From Camelus dromedarius (taxonomy: Eukaryota): DNA of 64,000 bases. A model generated the notes under the pieces. It was not told the DNA's origin. It ran no database searches and saw nothing but the letters and a program-made list of their open reading frames with translations. Of the stretch, positions 1-12,015 are shown piece by piece. A program made the position numbers and the translations under genes. The stretch's first letter is position 1. Every line of letters begins with the position of its first letter. The DNA lies in NCBI RefSeq assembly GCF_036321535.1, contig NC_087436.1, positions 32,738,001 to 32,802,000 of the forward strand, given 5' to 3'.

Positions 1-60
1 AACCATGTTGCTGCAAATGGCATTATGTTGTCAGTTTTTATGGCTGAGTAGTATTCCATT
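1..60 (-). mobile_element. Young LINE-1 fragment (end of ORF2), 5'-truncated at ~60, continues beyond the left window edge
   Basis: 3-60 nearly identical to 12428-12485 of the young L1 (ccatgttgctgcaaatggcattatgttgtc.gtttttatggctgagtagtattccatt); similarity stops abruptly at 60. Confidence 0.85.
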
Positions 61-550
61 GGGTCCAATACAATTTTTAATAGAAGTGTTGAGAGCAGAT
101 ATCCTTGTCTTGTTCCTGATCTTAAGAGAAAAGCATTGAGTCTTTAACAATGATGTATGAAGCTAGCTGTGGGGTTTCCCAAGACGACCTTTATCAGGTT
201 GAGGAAGTTCTCCTCTATTCCTTGTTTATTGAGTATTTTTATCATGAAGGAATGTTGAATTTTGTGGAATTCCTTTTCTGCATTAATTGAGATAATTAAG
301 TGGTTTTTGTCCATTATTTTATTGATACAGTTTAATACATTAATTGGTCATGGTGTATAATCTTTTTTATATGCTAATGGATTAGGTTTGCTAGTATTTT
401 GTTGAGGATTTTTGCTTCTATAAGAGATATTGATCTTCAGTTTTCTTGTGATGTCTTTCTGCTTTTGGTATCACAGAATAGTGGCCTCATAGATTGAACT
501 GGGAGCTGTTCCCTCCTCTTCTATTTTGTGAAAGTGTGTGAAGTATTAAT
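61..550 (-). mobile_element. Old LINE-1 ORF2 fragment, left part of an element interrupted by the 586-7340 L1
   Basis: Degenerate antisense ORF2 motifs (atccttgtcttgttcctgatcttaagagaaaagc, tttgctagtattttgttgaggattttt) parallel to ~2980-3520; resumes colinearly at ~7341. Confidence 0.8.
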
Positions 551-683
551 TTTGTATTAAGTACTAATGTTAATACTACTGTATTATTTTTTTATTGAAG
601 TAGATTTGACATACAATATTATGTTAGGTTCAGGTATACAACACAGTGTCTCAGCATTTATGTACATCAAGAATATGATTACC

Positions 684-862
684 GGTGGGGAGGGTATAGC
701 TCAGTGACAGAGTGTGTGCTTAGCATACACAAGGTTCTGGGTTCAATCCTGAGTACCGCCATTAAAGAAAAAATTAAAAGCCTCCATTAAAAAAAACAAA
801 ACTAAAAAGACATACATACATTCATACATACACCTGATTACCTATGCCCACTACAAAAGAAA
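684..862 (+). mobile_element. tRNA-derived SINE, camelid Vic-1-like, inserted in an L1 3'UTR
   Basis: ggggagggtatagctcagtg (A box) ... ggttcaatcc (B box), A-rich tail; 15-bp TSD aagaatatgattacc (669-683) / aagaatacgatcacc (863-877). Confidence 0.88.
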
Positions 863-1099
863 AAGAATACGATCACCATGGTAAGTCTAGTAACCATCTG
901 TCACCATTCAAAGTTACTACACTATTGTTGACTATATTCCCTATAATGCACATTATGTCCCCATGAGTTACTTATTATATGACTAGAAGTTTGTATCTCT
1001 TACTCCTCTTCACCTATTTCATTCACTCTCCTACCCACTTCCCCCCTGGGAACTACCCATTTCTTTTCTGTATCTGTGGGTCTATTTCTGTTTTGTTTT

Positions 1100-4000
1100 T
1101 TAGATTCCATGTATAAGTGAAATCATTCGGTGTTTATCTCTGTCTGACTTATTTCACTTAGCATAATACCCTCTAGATACATCCATGTTATTGCAAATGG
1201 CGAGGTTTCACTTTTATGGCTAATATTCCATTATGTATCTATAAACACATACACACACGTATATATATGTATGTGTGTACACACACACACACATTTTCTT
1301 TATCCACTCGTCTGTCGATAGCCACTTATGTTGCTTCCATATCTTGGCTATTGTAAATAATGTTGCAATAAACATAGGGGCACATATATCTTTTTGAGTT
1401 AGTTTTTTGTATTCTTCAGAAAAATACCCAGAATTGGAATTATGGAATCATATGGTAGTTTTATTTCTAATTGTTTTGAAGAACCTCCATGCTGTTTTCC
1501 ATAGTGGCTGCACTAATTTACATTCCCATCAATAGTGTTATAAGGGTTTCTTTTTCTCCACAACCTCAAAAAGATAACATTTTTTTTTTGATAAGAGCCA
1601 TTCTGACAGGTGTGAAGTGATATGTCATTGTGGTTTTAAATTAATTTCCCTGATAATTAGTGGTAATTATAATTAGTGATAATTCATTTATCTGTTGGCC
1701 ATCCATATGTCTTCCTTGGAAAAATATCTGTTCAGGTCCTCTGTCCATTTTTTAACTGGATTGCTTCTTTTTTTTTTTGATATTGAGTTGTATGAGTTCT
1801 TCGTCTATTTTAGATATTTTAGATATTAACCTCTTATCAGATGTATCATTTAAAAATACCTTCTCCAAAATGAAAACTAGATGGCTTTTTTCTTTTGTTG
1901 ATGGTTTCCTTTGCTGTGCAAAAAGCTTTTTGATTTGATATTGTTTCATTTGTTCATTTTTCTTTTCATTTCCCTTGGATCTGAGGAGACAGATCCAAAA
2001 AGATATTGCCAAGACTGATGTCAGAGAGTGTACTGCCTGTTTTCTCCTAGGAGTTATATAATTTCAAGTCTTAAATTTATGTCTTTAATCTGTTTTGTGT
2101 TTATTTTTAGATATGGTGGAAAAGTGTTGGTCCAGTTTGATTCTTTGTATGTATCTGTCCAGTTTTCCCATTACCTTTTAATGAAGAGACTGTCTTTCCC
2201 TTTTTTTATATTGTTGCCCATTTTGTTGTAGATTAATTGACTGTATAAACATGGGTTTATTTCTGGGTTCTCTATTCTGTTAACATTGATCTATGTGTTT
2301 GTTTTTTTCTATCAGTGCCATAATGTTTTGATTACTAAATGTAGTAATCAAATTTGTAGTATATTTTGAAATCATGGAGCATAATACCTTCAGCTTTGTT
2401 CTTTTTTATTTTTCCAGATTGCATTGGCCAATCAGGGTCTTTCAAGGTTCCATACAAATTATAGGATGGTTTGTTCTAGTTCTTTGAAAAATGCCATTGA
2501 TATTTTGATAGGGATTGCACTAAACTTGTAGATTGCTTTGGGTAGTATGGACATTTTAAACAATATTATTTTTTCTAATTCATGAGCATGGTATATCTTT
2601 CTATTTATTTGTGTTGTTTTCAACATGTTTTATTAGTGTTTTATAGTTTTCAGAGTACAGGTCTTTCATCTCCATAGTTAAATTTTTTCCTAGGTATTTT
2701 ATTCTTTTTGATACAGTTGTAAATGGGAGTATTTTCTTGACTTCCATTTCTGTTAGTTTGTTATTACCATGTAGAAAAGCAACAGATTTCTGTATATTAA
2801 TTTTGTATCATGTAACTTTACTGAATTCATTTATTAGTTCTAGTATTTTTTTGGTGGAGGCTTTAGGGTTTTCTAAAATTGGTATCATGTCATCTTCAAA
2901 TAGTGGCAGTTTACCTCTTCTTTTCCAGTTTGAATGCCTTTGTCTTTTTCTTGTCTGATTGCTGTGGCTAGAACTTTCAGTACTATATTGAATAAAAGAG
3001 GAGTATGCATCCTTGTTTTGTTCCTCATGTTAAAGGAAAAGCTTTCTGTTTTTCAGAGTTCAGTATGATGTTAGCTGCGAGTTCGTCATATTTGGTTTTT
3101 ATTATGTTGATGTGTGTTCCCTCTATACCTACTTTGTTGAGAATATTCTTCATAAATTGATATCAGATTTGGTCAAATGCTTTTTTTTTTTTTACATCCG
3201 ATGAGATGATCGTATAATTTTTATCTTTTATCTTATTATTGTGGTTTATCACATTGATTGATTTTTGTATATTGAATCATCCTTGCATCCCTGGGATAAA
3301 TTTTACTTGATCATGGTATATGCTCCTTTTAATGTATTATTGAATTCAGTTTGCTAGTATTTTGTTGAGAATTTTTACATCTGTGTTCATCAGGGATACT
3401 GACCTGTTATTTTCTTTCTTTGTATTGTCTTTGTATGATTTTGGTATTAGAGTAATGTTGGTGGAAAGAATTGAAGGTGATACTTCCTCTGTACTTTTTT
3501 GGAATAGTTTGAGGAAGATAGATATTAGCTCTTCTTCAAATGTTTTTTAGAATTCACCTGTGAAGTCATTTGGTCCTAGATTCTTTTTTCTTGGCAAGTT
3601 TTTGATTACTGGTTCAATTTTACTGTTAGTAACAGGTCTGTTCAGATTTTCTATTTCTTCCTGATTCAGTCTTGGAAGATTATATATTTGTAGGATTTTG
3701 TCCAGTTTTTTAGGTTGTCCAGTTTGTTGGTGTGTATTCTTTGTAGTTATCTCTTCTGATTGTTGGATTTCTGTGGTGTTTGTTGTAACTTCTTTTCTGT
3801 TTCTGATTTTATTTATTTGGGTCCTCTCTTTTTCTTGATGAATCAAGTTAAAGGTTATTGATTTTGTTTAACCGTTCAAAGAACCAGCTCTTAGTTTCAT
3901 TGATTTTTTTTTGTTTTTTTTTGCATGTCTCTTTGATTTATTTATGCTCTGATTTTTATTATTTTCCTTCTTCTGCCAGCTTTGGTCTTTGTTCTTCTTT

Positions 4001-4961
4001 CTCTGGTTCCTTTAGGTATAATGTTAGATTGTCTATTTGAGATATTTCTCCTTTCTTGAGGGAAAGTTATATCAGAATAAACTTTGTTCTTAGAACTGCT
4101 TTTGTTTTATCCCATAGATTTTGGTGTGGAGTGTTTCCATTTTTATTTGTCTCAGGTATTTTTTAATTTCTTCTTTGATTTCGTTGGTAACCTATTGGTT
4201 GTTTAGTAGCATGTTGTTTATCTTCCATATGTTTTTGTTTTTCTATTTTTCTGTTTATAAGTATCTAGTAAGTTTCATGCCATTGTGGTTGGAAAAAATG
4301 CTTGATATAATTTCAGTCTTCTTTAATTTATTGAGACTTGTTTTATGGCCTAGCATGTGATTTATCTTGGAGTATGTTTCATGCACATTAGAAAAAGAGT
4401 GCATGTTCTATATCTTTTGGATGAAATATTCCATATATATTAAGTTCATCTGGTATGATATGTTGTTTAAGACCAATGTTTCCTTACTGATTTTCTGTCT
4501 AGATGATATAACAATTGATGTAAGTTGGGTGTTAAATCCCCTTTCATAATTGTATTACTGTCTGTTTCTCCCTTTATGTCTGTTGGTATTTACTCTATAT
4601 ATTTATATGCCCCTATGTTGGGTATATAGATATTTACAATTGTTATACTCTCTTGTTGTATTGATCTCTTTATTATCATGTAATGCCTTTCTTTGTATTT
4701 TGTTGAAGTCTCTAAAATCAATTTTGTCTGATATAAGTATTGCTTCCCCAATTTTATTTTTGTTTCCATTTGCATGGATTATCTTTTCTATCCCTTCACT
4801 TTTAGTCTTTGATTGTCTTTAGACCTGAAGTGAGTCCCTTGTAGGCAGTGTATATATGGGTCTTATTTTTTTATTCATTCAACTATCCTATGTCTTTTGA
4901 TTGGAGCATTTAGTCCATTTACATTTAAAGTAATTATAGATGGTCATGTACTTACTGCCAT
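1100..4961 (-). pseudogene. Disrupted L1 ORF2 (endonuclease/reverse transcriptase)
   Basis: ATG at 4961-4959 (aaaATGgcagtaagt on minus), stop at 1102-1100 after the ggaatc end; ~3.86 kb span fits full ORF2; many stops and frameshifts. Confidence 0.88.
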
Positions 4962-5438
4962 TTTGTTAATTGTTTTCTGGTTATTTTTGTAGTTCTTTTT
5001 TATTCTTTTCTTCTCTTGCTCTCTTCTCTTGTGACTTGATGACTGTCTTTAGTATTATGTTTAGATTGCTTTTTATTTTTATGTTTTGGTATCTATTATA
5101 GGTTTTTGGTTGTTTTGTTATCATGAGGTTCATATATAACAATCTGTGTATATAGCTGTCTATTTTAAATTGATGATCTCTTAAATTTGGTTGCATTCTA
5201 AAAGCCCTGCATTTTTACTCCTCCAATATTTATTGCTTTTGATGTCATATTTTACATCTTTTTATTTTGTGTGGCTCTGAGCTACTTACTGTGGATATAG
5301 ATGATCTTACTACTTTTATGTTTTAACTTTTAGCTTTATAGGTGGTTGATCCACTATCTTTACTATATGTCTTCCTTTACTTGTTATTTTTTTTTCTTTC
5401 ATGATTTTCTTATCTGATTATGGCCTTTTCTTTTCTGC

Positions 5439-6341
5439 TTAGAGAAGTCCTTTAAACATTTCCTGTAATTTTTAATGTTTAGTCAGTTTAGTGGTGGTGA
5501 ATTGTTTTGGTTTTTGCTTGCCATACAATTTTTTATTTCTCTTTCACTTCTGAGTAATAACTTTGCCAGATAGAGTATTACTGGTTGTAGGATTTTTCCT
5601 TTTCAGCACACTGGCTATATCATGCTACTTTTTTCTGGTCTGCAAAGTTTCTGTGAAAAAGTCAGCTTATAGTCTTATGGTAATTCCCTTGAATATAACT
5701 ACTTGCTTTTCTCTTGCTACTTTTAAAATTCTCTCTTTATCTTTATTTTTTGATGTTTTAAGTATAATGTGTCTGATTGTGGACCTTTTGGGTTCATCTT
5801 GTTTAGGATTCTCTGTGCTTCGTGGATCTAGATGTCTGTTTTCTTTCCCAGGTTAGGGAAATATTCAGCTATTATTTCTTCAAATAAGTTCTCTGCCCCT
5901 TTCTCTCTCTTCTATCCTTCTGGGACACCCATAATACAAGTATCAGTACACATGTGGTTGCCCCAGAGGTGTCTTACATTAACCTCATTTTTAAAAAATT
6001 TTCTTTTCTTTTTTCTGTTCAGCTTCAGTGATTTCCAATACTCTGTCTTCCATATTGTGGATCCATTGTTCTGTATAATCTAATCTACTGTTTATTCCCT
6101 CTAGTGTATCTTTTATATTAGTTATTGCATTCTTCAGGTCTGATTAGTTCTTTTTTATATTTTCTAACTCTTCATTGAAGTTATCACTGTGTTCATTCAT
6201 TTTTCTCTCAAGTTTGGTGAGCATCTTTATGATCATTAGCTTGAGCTCTTTGTCGGTAGATTGCTTATCTGTTTCATTTAGTTATTTTTCTGAGGTTTTG
6301 CCTTTTCCTTTTGTTTGGACAATTTTCCTTTGTCTCTTCAT
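5439..6341 (-). pseudogene. Disrupted L1 ORF1
   Basis: Minus strand starts MKRQRKIVQTK, includes LMIIKMLTKLERKMNEHS and DTLEGINSRLD coiled-coil segments; ends aaaggacttctctaa. Confidence 0.85.
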
Positions 6342-7340
6342 TTTGCCTAATTCTCTGTTTATTTCTATGTATTAGGTATGTTTTTTATATCTTCTGGTAT
6401 TGGAGAAGTGGCTTTATGTTGGAGATGTGGGGTCTACTAGCATGCTCCCCTTTGGCAACCAGAGCCAAATTCTCTAGGAGTGTACCCTCTATGGGCTGTG
6501 TGCATCCTTCTTTTTTGGTGGGGCTAACTGCTGCAAGCACATTGGTAGGCAAGGCTGGCCCCTAACTGGGCTGTGAGGACTTGCTTTGTGTGACTGCTGT
6601 AGATGCACTCTTGAGTGGGGCAGGACCCTGGTATGGGTGGTTGTGAGGCTCACCATAATGTGACTGTTCAGGCATGCTTGTTGGTGGGGCAGACCCCCAG
6701 TGCTAGACCCCCAGGGAAGGCCCACCAGCATGCATGTCAGCATGGTAGGATGAGATCACAAAATGGATGCTACCAGCATCTCAGTCGCTGGGGGGGAGTT
6801 CCACCTGCCTCCAACTTCTCCATGAGGCTTTCCAAATTAGCAACTGGGTCTGACCTAGGTCTGACTCAGCTTTCAAATGCTATATCTGCTGGGACTCAAA
6901 GTGAGTGTGTTTTTGCACACATCTGTTAAGGGTGAAGTCTCAGTTATTTACCGCCCTCTGACTCTCCTGAGTGCAAGCCCAGCTGGTTTTCAAAACCAGA
7001 TATTTTGGAGGCTCGCCTTCCCAGGGCAGAACCCATGGTGTAGGAAGGGTGAATGGGGCTTGGACCTCTTGCTGCTTGAGAAGACTGGTGTGGTTGTGAT
7101 ATCCCTTCAGCTTGTGGATTACCATGCCAAGAGTATGGGTCCTGACTGGGCTGCATCTCTGCCCCTCCTACTCACCTTGTTGTGGCTCCTTTTTTAGATC
7201 TTTTGTTGTGGAAAATCTTTTCTTCTGTTCTGTAGGTCACTGCAAAGGTAGTTACTCTCTAAGTAGTTATATTTTTTGTGTGCCTTTGGAATGAAATGAA
7301 CTCAGAATCTTCCTGATTTGTCATCTTGATCTCAACTCTC

Positions 7341-7612
7341 TAGTAATTCTTCTTAAATTTTTGGTAGAACTCCCTAGTGAAGCCAACTGGCCATGGTCTT
7401 TTATTTATGGGAATTTTTAAAATTAATAATTCAGTTTCTAATTTTTGTGGGCTTATTCTGGTTTTCTGTTTTTTCTTGATTCAGTTTTAGTAGTTTTTAT
7501 CTTTCTAGGAATTCATCCATTTCATCTAAATTATTAATTTTTTGGTGTACAGTTGCTCATAGTACTCCATTATAATTCTTTTTTATTTCTGAAAGGGCAG
7601 TAGTAATTTCTT
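7341..7612 (-). mobile_element. Old LINE-1 ORF2 fragment, right part of the interrupted element
   Basis: attcttcttaaatttttggtagaactccctagtgaagcc continues the sequence broken at ~550; parallels 3527-3760. Confidence 0.78.
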
Positions 7613-8380
7613 CTGAGAAGGCTTGATTTAGAAGAGGGAGACAGCCAATAAAATTTTAAATAAGATAAGGTCAAGTAGTGATCAGTGTTACAATGATACT
7701 AAAACAGGGTGAAATGAAGAAAGAAGGCAGATGGCTATTTTAGAGTGAGTCATAGGTAAAGACCTTGCTGAGAAGTAACATTTTAATTGGGACCTGCGTG
7801 ACAATAATGAGCTAGCCACTCAAATATTCATAGCAGTTTAGGCACAGAGAAATGACTCATGTGAAAGTGTAAGAGGAAATGTAAAAAGCTGATATATTTG
7901 AGGAATATACAGAAAGCCAGTATGGCTAAAGTGTACTGTGTGAGAGGGAGATTAGGAGATTAAGCCAGAAATACAGATACAGACAGGTCCAGATTTTATG
8001 GAACTTGGCAGGCAGCCATGGTAAAGAATTTGAATTTTGTTCCAGATGAAACCATTTGAAGGGTTTAAGCAAGGGACGGACATGATCTGTTTTATGTTTT
8101 AAAAGATTACTCTGGCTCCTGTGTGGAAAACAGATTGTAAAGAGTCAAGAGGGGAAGACCATTTATGGGAGACAAATTATGTTTCTTAGGAGCAATATAG
8201 GTGAAAGAAGCTAGTTCTGGACTAGAGTAACAGTGGAAAGAAAAGGATGCATTCAGGATATGTTTGTCTTGATAGAGTCACTTTGCCAATGGCCTAAATG
8301 TCAGTGGACAAAAGAAAAGAATCATAAAAGGAATCTGAGGTTTCTGGCGTGAACAGCTTCGTGGATGGCATGATAATAGA
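7613..8380 (-). mobile_element. L2 LINE fragment
   Basis: Typical antisense L2 motifs gccatggtaaagaatttgaatttt, tttaagcaagggacggacatgatctg, ttttaaaagattactctggct. Confidence 0.8.
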
Positions 8381-8386
8381 TGATAT

Positions 8387-8871
8387 TGTTGGATCTCAGG
8401 GCACCCTAAGATATGCCACCGTGCCATATTGATTATTTTGAATTGCAGTTATTTGGCAGATGGATGGTGGGGGAAAAATCATATTAAAAATACTCTTTCT
8501 CCATGGAATCAGGAAATAAATCTCCCACTTGAAGGTATCCTTTCTATACTACCAGGATAGAAAGCATCCTTATCACCAGAGTTAGGGAATTCAAGGCTAA
8601 GCTGTACAAGCAAACTTTGTTACTTCATCAGTTTACTACCCCAAGTACAAGCCCCTTTGTTTTGTTAAATCTTCACAAGTAATTTTTCTTTGTCTAAAAA
8701 TAGTATATGAACAGCCTTCTTTGGTTACTCTGGGTGTCCTGTTTCTATGAGACTCTTGACATCCAGATCAAACTTTTTTCTCCTATTAATCTGTCTTGTA
8801 TCAATTTAATTATTAGACCAGTCAAAAGAATTCAAAATGGGTTAGGGGGAAATTTCTCCCTGCTCCCGGCA
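8387..8871 (+). mobile_element. ERV1 solo LTR, MER34-like
   Basis: TG...CA ends, near-match 4-bp TSD atat/gtat, motifs ccatattgattattttgaattg and tctcctattaatctgtctt..caatttaatt. Confidence 0.75.
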
Positions 8872-9639
8872 GTATACATAGTTATTTCTTTGCATGGGTG
8901 TCTCCAGTACCAGGCTAGGGACTTGTCAATGGCATAGCAAATATCTTATTAATTCTTGTATCTCAAGCACCTAGCAAATGCTCAGTCAGTGTGGATTGGA
9001 AAAATTATATACTGTAATAATAATAAGATATTACTATTATCTTTGTCTTAGCTCAGTTTAAGTCAATCAGAAAATGCTCCTAAGAAAGAATGTTTGAACT
9101 GACTCATGAAGGAAAGCAGGGGTTGTTGGGAAGAGGGCAAATTTGTAATTTAACACAGAATACTCTGTTATAATGTTCTTAATGGTCACTCCCATTTCTT
9201 GAATGAGAAAACGATACTTGTTAAATTTTCTATATCCTGTGAGGCCAGTTAAAGTGGTAGGCTATATATAAAGTCATAAAGGTTGGAATGAGCGTTGCCA
9301 GATTTGGGCAGCTTTTTCTGTGTGTGTGGTTAGAAAAGTAGTGATGATTAAGACATATACTTTCCTTATTGTTTACATTTACGTAGCTGTTCTTTCTTCA
9401 ACTTAAATGTTCTTTATGTTTATCAACAATGTTGGTCTTAGATTATGTGTTCTTAAAAGCCAGAGAGTACATTATTTTTTTGTTAGAACACCTGGTACAG
9501 TGTACCATGTGTATTTAGATGCTAAATAAATTTGTTTTTATGGTGATATTTTCCTATCTAGTTCTGCGTTGTGTTTCTGTACAGGTTCTATTTTCTAACA
9601 GTGTTGGCTTGAGATATCTTGCCTTCCTCCCCAGCTATT

Positions 9640-10030
9640 CATTTATAAAAGTTAAAAACCTATAGGAAAATTGGAATAATACAAAAATAATAGTGCAGTG
9701 AATGCCCATATACACTATATTTAGATTTATCACTTTTAAAAATTATTGAGACACTTGCTTTATCTCTGTACGTACACACACACAAAACATACACACAACA
9801 TACATATGAAAGTAAGTTATAGACATTTTATCACCAAATACTTCAACATGAATCTTTAAAGAGCAAGGACCTCTTCCTTCTTAAATATAAAACATTGTTA
9901 AACCAAAGAAATTTAACTTCAAATTAAGATTAATTTAGTATATTCTTTATTCAGATTTCTTCAATTATTAAAAAAAGTTTTTTATAACCTTTGACTTATT
10001 TATGTTTTTGAATCCAGGAGGCAGCCAGTG
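9640..10030 (-). mobile_element. Ancient L1 (L1MC-like) 3' end fragment
   Basis: gtgaatgcccatatacac, caaatacttcaacatg, aagaaatttaac motifs; very degenerate. Confidence 0.55.
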
Positions 10031-10369
10031 ATCATACATTGTATCTGATTGAGAGAAATCTTTTAATATATGTATTTTGTGTTATATCTATTGTATATCT
10101 TATCTGCTCTTATAGAGTCATTTGAAGTCTTTAAGGGTAACATATTTTGACTTTTTCAAGAACAGTGCATGACATTTATGAACTATGTAATGAAATAAGC
10201 TGCTTTTCCAGCTGCTGCCTAGCCCTGAAGGTTAACTTCGAAAATGACTTTTCCAGTAACTGAGTGAGCTGAACTGTTGCTTTTAAAATCCTTTTTAGTG
10301 CTTCTTTTCCAGCTTTTGAACTTTTCACTAAGCATTAGTCATTTTAATAAAAATACATTTTGTTTGTAG

Positions 10370-10447
10370 GCCTTAATAGCATTTTGTTCTCATAAAAATA
10401 TGGAAAACTTCACCAGATTCAATTCATTGTAGCTCTTTTAAAAGAAG
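10370..10447 (+). other. Candidate 78-nt non-coding/5'UTR exon
   Basis: Acceptor ttttgtttgtag|G, branch-like ttaat ~22 nt upstream, donor AAG|gtaagt; stops in all three frames. Confidence 0.65.
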
Positions 10448-11339
10448 GTAAGTTTCTAAATGAAACACTAAACTTTCCTCTCCTACCCCCAAGTTAATAA
10501 ATTACATTATTACTAAATTGTCTCTGATTGACTTTGGAATTTAGTAATTTAAAAACCTGATGTCAGAGAAGGAATGTTGAAATACTATTAAAAACATTAG
10601 ATTTGCTGAAAAAGTATCCCTTGCCCAGTTATGCTAATCTAAATACCATGGTAACATTAACCACATTTTCTCTATCATTGTAGAGAATTTGGAGTTCTTT
10701 ATTCTTTTGAATGTCTCATTCTCATTCATTGCTGTATTTTTTTGTGGATGAAGCAGTATTATCCAATGTTACCTCCCAAAGGAGTCTTTTTAATTTATTT
10801 ATTTCATGTTCTCCAAATGTGTAGTTTATTGTTTATAGTTGCAGTATAAATGAGAGAAAGGAGGATTAGGTCACTAGTGGCTGTAAAGTATTTATATCTT
10901 GATGGTATTTATTGTTTTAGTAATAATCCTTGACATCCTTATTAGAGCCAAATTGGATATGGTTATTAGCTGTTTCTTTTCTTCCTCACCTCCATTTTTT
11001 TCCCTGAGTTTTCCAGTGCTCTTTGAAGCTGTACCTTTTTTGGTTTTTTTTTTTTCACATTTTCCTTTTTTCCCCCTAAAATATGATTTTTGTGAGTCAT
11101 GTACTTAGCTTTTACAGTTTTTAAGTTTTTTTTCAGCTCATCTCCAGGCCATTTTTTTGTTTGTTTTCATGGAAATTTTCTCCTCTCAGGTCTCTTAAGG
11201 CATGTCAGCCTCTTTAAAGCTTTCCTCCTTCAGAGTGATTATATGTAGAGATATTATTAAAATTTATCCCAAGGCCTCTTTTGTTGATTTAAATTGCTCC
11301 TATGTTGAAAAATCTTTGGCTAATGAGAATGTTTTTCCA

Positions 11340-11838
11340 CTCTTCTAACTTAATAGTCCTGGCTCTCTCTGAGGCCTTCAACTCCTGTCTCCACTCTTCC
11401 AACATTGATCTAGTGTGACTATATTCTATTCTTAATCATTCATCAGAAGTAAACTTCTACCTCTGAGGTCTCTAAAATTTGTGGAATTGACATCTTATTG
11501 CCCATTCTACCAAGCCTGCATTGTATTTTCAGTGAAACACTCAATTACTCAATCCCTTTAAATCCTCTCTGTTCAGTTTGTATCTGCTTAGAATCCAAAA
11601 CTAACCCTGTGGAGAGTCTTGTCTGCACTTTTTGGAAAACCATGTTTCTATCTGTCTACAAGTTGATCCATTAGGTTTTCCTAGCAGTAACTCAGATTCA
11701 TTGTGTCCAAATTAGACTCAGCATTAATTGCCCCAGATAAAATTGAGAACTGTGTTTATTTTGTTCACTGCTGTGTTCTGCACATTTGGTACATACTATG
11801 CAGGAAGTGCATTTTTCTTGGATGAATGAACAAATGAA
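11340..11838 (+). mobile_element. L2 fragments with 3' end
   Basis: ttttgttcactgctgtg ... gatgaatgaacaaatgaa tail; left boundary uncertain. Confidence 0.6.
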
Positions 11839-12015
11839 TTATATTTCCTTCAACTAAACTAGTTCCCCTTCCTAACTTCTCTGTCTCATTGCTAACATTA
11901 TTCCTTATCAGCTGGCAGAGAGGATGTCAAAATCTTTTGTGTTTCAGGATTTTAGGTCCAATGAAGAGGATGAAGCTTGAGATTATGCTCCCGAAAGGGG
12001 AGGAGATGGAATCTT

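Larger units (their letters stand above)
586..7340 (-). mobile_element. Near full-length decayed LINE-1 (~6.7 kb): 5'UTR ~6342-7340, ORF1, spacer, ORF2, 3'UTR ~586-1099
   Basis: T-rich tail at 586-593; ORF-track fragments are L1 ORF2 pieces (QINKIRN..YNLPRLNQEEIENLNRP; HYMIIKRSIQQESITIVNIYIPN); 5' end reads gagagttgagatcaagatgac on minus, like L1 5' termini. TSD not clear. Confidence 0.93.

Noticed and set aside
691..760. tRNA gene
   Set aside because: It is a SINE head with an A-rich tail and TSD; no intact cloverleaf evident.
1752..7294. Many hydrophobic + strand ORFs (also 12843-13564 and 57375-59426)
   Set aside because: Antisense readings of A-rich L1 sequence.
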